Source: Felis catus (taxonomy: Eukaryota). Taken from it: a DNA stretch of 64,000 bases. Positions 61,030 through 64,000 of the stretch are shown here, one piece after another. The DNA lies in contig NC_058368.1 in the NCBI RefSeq assembly GCF_018350175.1, positions 76,634,001 to 76,698,000 of the forward strand, given 5' to 3'. A model generated the notes under the pieces. The model worked only from the letters and a program-made list of their open reading frames with translations, ran no database searches and was not told the origin of the DNA. Every line of letters begins with the position of its first letter. The first letter of the stretch is position 1. Both the position numbers and the translations under genes were made by a program.

Positions 61030-61192
61030 CCTCGGTACAAGCGCGTGAGGCAGAGATTACATTTTCATCTCATGGCCGGAGACACTGAAGCTCACGTGAG
61101 TTCACGTCCTTGTTCAGCTTTGCCTCCCTAATGAGCGGCAAGGCCAGGACTCGAGCCCGGGATTACCCGGCTCCAGAGCCTGACCTCCCTCA
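61030..61192 (-). mobile_element. MIR
   Basis: gacactgaagctca...aatgagcggcaaggccaggactcgagcccggg...ggctccagagcc. Confidence 0.7.
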
Positions 61193-61349
61193 GGCAGTCA
61201 TGTCGCCTGTGGTTCTGGACTCAGCGACAGAATCCGGGAACTGGAAGGTCATCAAGCCCCAGATATTGGGTGTCCAGAGAAATCAGAGGTTTGGAAGGAA
61301 AGGACCATGTGGACACGATGAAATGAATCTCTCTCCTCACACCTTTGAA

Positions 61350-61550
61350 GAGACCAGGGTTTCCTGCTCTGTCATTGCCCTACTGTGAAGCTCAGTGGAG
61401 TCCAGCTCTGTATTCCTTTTACTCATTTGTAAACAAGATTCATTCTTACCCCCAACCCGCATCGCGGGTGGTGCAGATGAAGTATATGATGTCTGTAACA
61501 GCCTTTGAGCACATCAAAGGCAGCGCTGTATAAATACTATATTATTATAC
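61350..61550 (+). mobile_element. MIR/MIR3
   Basis: ttactcatttgtaaa...gggtggtgcagatgaagtatatgatg...gcgctgtataaat. Confidence 0.6.
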
Positions 61551-62780
61551 ACGTTCCCATAGGAAGCATCTCCAGGACCCTTTGATCCATAAATATTTCA
61601 TTGACTCAACTCGGCCAAAGCCGTCGTAGACTCTGAGGCATCGTAAGGTAATTGACCACAGAGAGAGCTCAGAAAGGAATGCATTCTGCATCTGTCTCAG
61701 AGCTCTCTCTCTCTTCTTAACGTTCCCATTTCAGCTTGCCCATTTGAAAAAATTATTTAATATCAGTTTTTAGATTTTCAGGTTTTGCCTAAGTGTGTCC
61801 CTGCACATGGTTCCTGGTCCCATGAGAGCAAAAAGGAGGGCGGACGTTGATACGTTGAAAAGGGTAAAAACAACAACGAATCATACTATTTAAGGGGAAA
61901 GAAACCCTAAAATATTCAGGTCTCTGCCCTCAAAGGTAACATCTGATGCTCCTAGAGCTACTTTTTTCTGTGTCTGTAGCTTTTTGGATTTCATTTCATT
62001 TCTTTTCTAAAAGAAAGGCAACAAATAGATTTTTCACATCATTTGAAGAAGGGGTAAATTTAAACGATATCATTTTCCCCAACATATCAAATCTGTTGTT
62101 ACTTTCTTTAGGTCTTTTTGATGCCTTGATTTATTTAAAAAATATTAAATATGACATAAAATGCGCTCTATTTAACCACATTTACCTTTATTTATTATAA
62201 ATCTACAAACGCTCCTCATCTTCAAACCCAGAAGGAACCCCGGGACAAACAGCAGGTGGTGATATTTTTTAAAGATGAATCTTCTTCGGCAAAATCTATG
62301 CATTTTAGGGAACATATGGAAATGCAACTCATATGTGAAAATTACCAACAAGTAAAGAAAATTTTCAGAATGTTGGAGTAATACTATCATGACAGGTCAG
62401 CAATACTCTAACAAACAGAAATGTCTGTAATCCCAGGGAAAGAGCGTAACTAAAAGCTTAAATCAGTTGGCTTAACCATTTAATCTCAACCATTTCTTTG
62501 ACTTCCACTCTGCTGACTCAAAAAAATAAAAAAAATCAACAACAAAAAAACCAAGGAAGAGGAATTGAAGAGGTTGAGTTCATTCACCTAAAAGGTTACA
62601 TCAGTGAAATAGGAGGTCCCACTCCCCTCTGTAGCAGATGTGCGCTGACGTTTGTAAAGTGGTGTTGATCATCATGATCACACAAAAAAAAAGAAAAAGA
62701 AAAAGAAAAGAGACTCGTTTAACATGCATTTATTTTCATACGGTATTCTCTTCGACCAACATGGCCACTGGAAATACTAA

Positions 62781-62985
62781 TTTCTTTTTTTTTTTTTTTG
62801 AGGGGGGTGGGCAGAGCATGTGTGAGCAGGGGAGGGGCGGGGCGAGAGGGAGAGAGAGAACCCCAACAGGCTCTGCGCCATCAGCGTAGAGCCTGGTGCA
62901 AGGCTCGATCTCACAAGCTCTGAGATCATAACCTGAGCCGAAACCGAGTCAGACACTTAGCCTACTGAGCCAACCAGGTGCTCCC
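62781..62985 (-). mobile_element. Can-SINE
   Basis: Antisense copy with T tail; degenerate TSD ggaaat....attt. Confidence 0.93.
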
Positions 62986-63427
62986 GGAAATGCGGATTTA
63001 TTTTTATTTACATACTTTGACAAGTGCCAGATCCCTGCCGGTCTCCTGTCTTACTGCGGTAGCAACAGCTCTGTTTGCCTGGCCAGGATGCCCAACTTAG
63101 AAGTGTTTACTTACGTGTCTGCTTACGGATGTATGCCAAGTTTGTTGCTACCAGAAGGATCATGCTCAAATCAACGATAACACTTGACGACATGGATGAA
63201 ACTTTGCATGTAATTCACAAGTCACTCAGATTCAAGTGCACATACTTAGGAATATCCCTCAGCCCTGTGAAATATTGCCTCCTCTATGATATAGAAATGC
63301 TGCTTCATGTTCTCACAGCTCTCATCTTGGACCATGGCCCGTATAAAGAATAGTCATAAGCTCACCAAAACTTACTCAGTATACACCAGACACATCAAAT
63401 TTGTCATTTTTATTAGCCTCTAAAACA

Positions 63428-64000
63428 CATCCACCCATTCATTGCACAAATGACTATTGAGCATCTACAAAGTATTGGACACTGTTCTAGGTGACGGGGA
63501 AATAATACAGAACAGGGACCCACCTTCCTGGAGTGGGCTTGGATTGTTGGCAAGTAAACAAGTAATCAATAATATAAATCCAGGGAGTTGCACTGTTTAT
63601 GAAAGAATTAAAACAGAGGCAGAGGATGTGGACCATCTGGTGGGGCTGAGGGGTTGTCAAGGAAGTCCTCCCCCAGGAGGTGACATTTCAGCAGCCACCT
63701 GAATGGTGAGAAGGAGCAGACCATTCAGAGATCTGTGGGAAGAAGTCCATAGTCAGGAAGCGCTGGGGCCCCACTGGGGCAACGGCATGACCGTCAAGGG
63801 GTGAAGCGTAGAGGAAGACCAGGATTCAATCCTGTAGGGGCATTAAGGTTTGATTCTTTACCTTCATTGTAATGGAGACCCTTTAGAATTGGATACAGGA
63901 AATGACATTATCTATTTTACATTTTTCCAAGATTGTGATCTGTGTGACAAATAGATTGTCCAAAAATGAGGATGCGTGCAGAAGACTATGTAAATGCTAC
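63428..64000 (-). mobile_element. L2 3' end
   Basis: cattcatt...tattgagcatctac...ggacactgttctaggtg...ggaggtgacatttcagc. Confidence 0.85.

Noticed and set aside
2476..62985. tRNA genes
   Set aside because: The A/B-box-like sequences are tRNA-derived SINE heads followed by CT and A tails.

Overview
Mammalian (felid, most likely domestic cat or a close relative) non-coding DNA, either intergenic or intronic. The species call rests on 31 tRNA-derived Can-SINEs with feline diagnostic sequence. No protein-coding gene, RNA gene or CRISPR array could be recognised, and the supplied ORFs are SINE-, LINE-, microsatellite- or chance-derived. The window is a layered repeat landscape: ancient MIR/L2, hAT MITEs (MER5A, MER58A, Charlie1-like), MaLR/ERVL/ERV1 solo LTRs, old L1 fragments including an ORF1-ORF2 junction remnant, and Can-SINEs, many with readable TSDs. 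The most notable observations are: (i) a 15-kb Can-SINE-free zone (10.05-25.38 kb) containing a minus-strand GC-box/TATA/Inr arrangement at about 17.2 kb, paired RUNX sites, a candidate 51-nt exon and a tandem HIF-motif repeat; (ii) a TATC microsatellite with a 124-bp higher-order repeat; (iii) a tail-less SINE still flanked by an 11-bp direct repeat; (iv) a roughly 15-fold CpG difference between two copies of the same LTR family; (v) several close inverted SINE pairs. Repeat family names come from recalled consensus sequences, not a database search, and the boundaries of old repeats are approximate. I found no evidence of a novel multi-gene system.
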